Program-made: the position numbers and the translations under genes | Part shown: piece by piece, positions 61,426 to 64,000 of the stretch | Position numbering within the stretch: the stretch's first letter is position 1 | Layout: each line of letters opens with the position of its first letter | Notes under the pieces: model-generated | The model's input: only the letters and a program-made list of their open reading frames with translations | What the model was told of the DNA's origin: nothing | Databases searched by the model: none | From: Mobula hypostoma | Lineage: Eukaryota | DNA length: 64,000 nt | Direction: 5' to 3' | Assembly: GCF_963921235.1 (NCBI RefSeq) | Contig: NC_086108.1 | Span: 72,418,001 to 72,482,000, forward strand

Positions 61426-62864
61426 CTGTGCATATGAATTTCTTTGGTTAGATATATTCTAATAAATCATAATGGTGATGTAATCTCACAGAAATGCTTC
61501 AGATCTTAACGTATTTAAGACTTCTGACACTTTACGGTCTTCTGAGGAAAATTATTGATTTCCAATTTCCATGGAGAAGTTCAAACTATCAAAGAATACA
61601 TTTCCAAATTACAAATAGAATCCCTGAATAATTAAGTAATAGAAGCAGATTTTGACTTATTTGTTCTTTGTTCCTGTACCTTAACTGAACCCTGAATTTT
61701 GCTGTTTCTGTTTTCATCTACTAATAATATTTGCCGTTTCGTGGGTGGATTGTCCTCTATTTCTATTATAAGTAAGAAAGCAAAACACTGAGTAAAGCAA
61801 AGATACTGTTGATTCTCAGCAAGTTTATATTGTAACTGTAAATAACCTGGCATAACTACTTGGGACAGTATGAATTTATTTTAAATTTCTTAATCCCAAC
61901 TGACCATAATCAACTTACAACTTAATCACTTGTGTTTTGATTATCTATGGAAGTTAAAAAAAATTGTTTCTCACTAATAACCTTGGTTTAAACAATAATG
62001 TTTTTCAGTGGAGTGTGTCCTGCACTGTAAATCTCCACGATTAAATTGACAGCCTAATGTAATTCATTATTGTTGCAAATTATCAACAGGACTAGGAGTG
62101 TTATTAACAAAGGTAGCATTGGGACGACATGCATTACTTATGGACGGAAATTGGATTATTTCTGACTCAGTGATACAAGGAGCACATCATGTTGAAGATG
62201 GTGAATCATATGCAATTTAGAGTGTTCCTGCTGGGACATCATTTTTATTTTATAACTTACCATCCTGCCACATCACCACAGTAATAGAGACTGCTAGCAG
62301 GTGGTTCTGTGGTCTGCATCGTGAAAGCGTGAAACATGCTGGAGGTCAGACGGGGGTATTTCACACTTAAATCATCATTATTAGCACCCCTCAGCATGGC
62401 CTCCTTCACTTCAATAAGGCTCTCATTAAAAAGGTTAGTTCAGCTAAGCTGTTTGTTTTTCTCTTTTTTTTCACACTGTTTATTGTATTTGTATTTTAAT
62501 TCATTTACAATAGGTCAATGTTTTAAATTAACACATTGTTTTTAATTTATTTTAATTATTTAACTTGCCTATTTTTAAATGTTTCTGGATTTGGAATGCT
62601 CAGAAAATTATAGTATGTGGAATATCACGAGGAGGTGGTAAGTAAATTATACCAGGATATTAATATTCCATACAAATGATGCTGAATGGAAATTATATAA
62701 GACATGAGAATGCCATTTGCAAAATAGGGATTGGTCTGATGAAAGTCACTTAAATATTTTATTTTTGGAAAGCCATTTAATTTGCCACCACCCACCCCAA
62801 ACCGTAACACAATTCGTTTTAATCATTTGTGCTCTGAATATCATTGGCTAGGCTGCTATTTGGG

Positions 62865-64000
62865 GTAATTGGTTTACAAACAGAAGCAATGAGAAGTGAG
62901 ATTGCTGGCAAGGAGAGGCTGATGACAGGGCAAAATTGCAGTCAATAGGATGAGTTGCAATGTAAAAGGTGGCTAAGATTGAAAAGGGTGATTGAATACA
63001 GGTTTGAAGGTGTTACATTTGAATGCACACAGTGCATAGAATAAGGGTGATGTACTTGAAGCACAGTTACAGCACAAAAATGCAATCAAAGCATTAGAAA
63101 GCGGTGACACAGAGTTGGAAGGTGTAGAATTGTTGTGAGTAGGGTTAAGAAGCTGCGAAGGTAAAATGACCCTATGGGAGTTGTATACAGACCTCTGCGC
63201 AGTAGCAAAGATATGGGCTTCAAATTACAATATGAGATAGAAAATGCATGTCAAAATTGCAACGTTGCGATAGTCAGAAACAGAGTAAGGTTTCTCATCA
63301 CCGGCATGTGTTGTGAAATTTGTTAACTTAGCAGCAGCAGTTCAATGCAATACATAATATAGAAGAAAAATAAATAAATCAATTACAGTAAATGTACATC
63401 GGAGATTAAAAATTGTGCAAAAACAGAAACAATACATATTGGAAAAAGTGAGGTAGTGTTCGTAGGCTCAACGTCCATCCAGAAATCTGATGGCAGAGGG
63501 GAAGAAGCTGTTCCTGAATCGCTGAGTGTGAGCCTTCAGGCTTCCGTACCTCCTACCTGATGGTAACAGTGAGAAAAGGGCATGCCTTGGGTGCTGGAGG
63601 TCCTTAATAATGGACACTGCCTCTCTTCTTGAAGATGTCCTGGGTACTTTGTAGGCTTGTAACCAAGGTGGAGTTAACTAAACCCACAACTGTCTGCAGC
63701 TTCCTTCAGTCCTGGGGGATTTCAATATGTAGGTAGGTTGGGAAAATCATTACATCTGTGATGGATGCTAAGAGGGGGTAATTTGTAGAAAAAGATCACT
63801 TTTTAGAGCAGCTCATGGTGAAGCCTACTCGGGGATCAGCTATTCTGGATTGGATGTTGTGTAATGAATTGGAATTGATTAGAGAGTTTAAGGTAAAGGA
63901 ACACTCAGGGGACAGTGATCATAATTTGATAGAATGCACCCTGCAATTTGAGATGGAGATGCTAAAGTCAAATATATCAGCATTATAGTGGGGAAAAAAG
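62865..64000 (+). mobile_element. CR1 LINE ORF2 endonuclease region, running off the window (interrupted at ~63275-63712)
   Basis: TGLKVLHLNAHSA*NK, GVVYRP, GDFN, SAILDWMLCNELELIRE..GDSDHNLIE. Confidence 0.85.
63275..63712 (-). mobile_element. Rex1/Babar-like 3' fragment nested in CR1
   Basis: Minus strand reads HALFSLLPSGRRYGSLKAHTQRFRNSFFPSAIR, followed by a 3' UTR. The host resumes at GTCCTGGGGGATTTCAAT. Confidence 0.8.

Noticed and set aside
1..64000. Six-frame ORFs as host protein-coding genes
   Set aside because: The ORFs with recognisable motifs are TE fragments or their antisense frames. The rest are short, low-information frames expected by chance, with no exon chain.
1..64000. CRISPR array, prokaryotic operon, rRNA or bona fide tRNA genes
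   Set aside because: No regularly spaced repeats or dense ORFs. tRNA-like boxes occur only as decayed SINE heads.

Overview
Eukaryotic (vertebrate) non-coding DNA, most likely a cartilaginous fish. This is inferred from the dominance of CR1 LINEs plus V-SINE/HE1-like and DeuSINE-like repeats. The window looks like the interior of a very large intron. It contains no intact host CDS: nearly all informative ORFs are broken retrotransposon or transposase frames. Elements present are several near-full-length, nested CR1 LINEs (ORF1 zinc finger/coiled coil plus SGNH esterase; ORF2 EN-RT), Rex1/Babar-like fragments, an L1-like 3' fragment with TSD, a decayed Tc1, a mariner-derived fold-back element, SINEs, and two Penelope-like element (PLE) families. 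The most notable signal is a dispersed set of short fold-back insertions (~120-220 bp). Each is flanked by its own 11-17 bp direct repeat and built from the 3' terminus of a Neptune-type PLE. That terminus carries a minimal type I hammerhead-ribozyme motif (CUGANGA...GAAACGUC), best preserved at 48706-48741. A second PLE family (10261-11027) shows the same inverted architecture with a different hammerhead-like motif. One strong 33-nt candidate micro-exon (52280-52312, +) is the only plausible host-gene exon. Family names come from recognised motifs, not database searches, and the boundaries of old elements are approximate.
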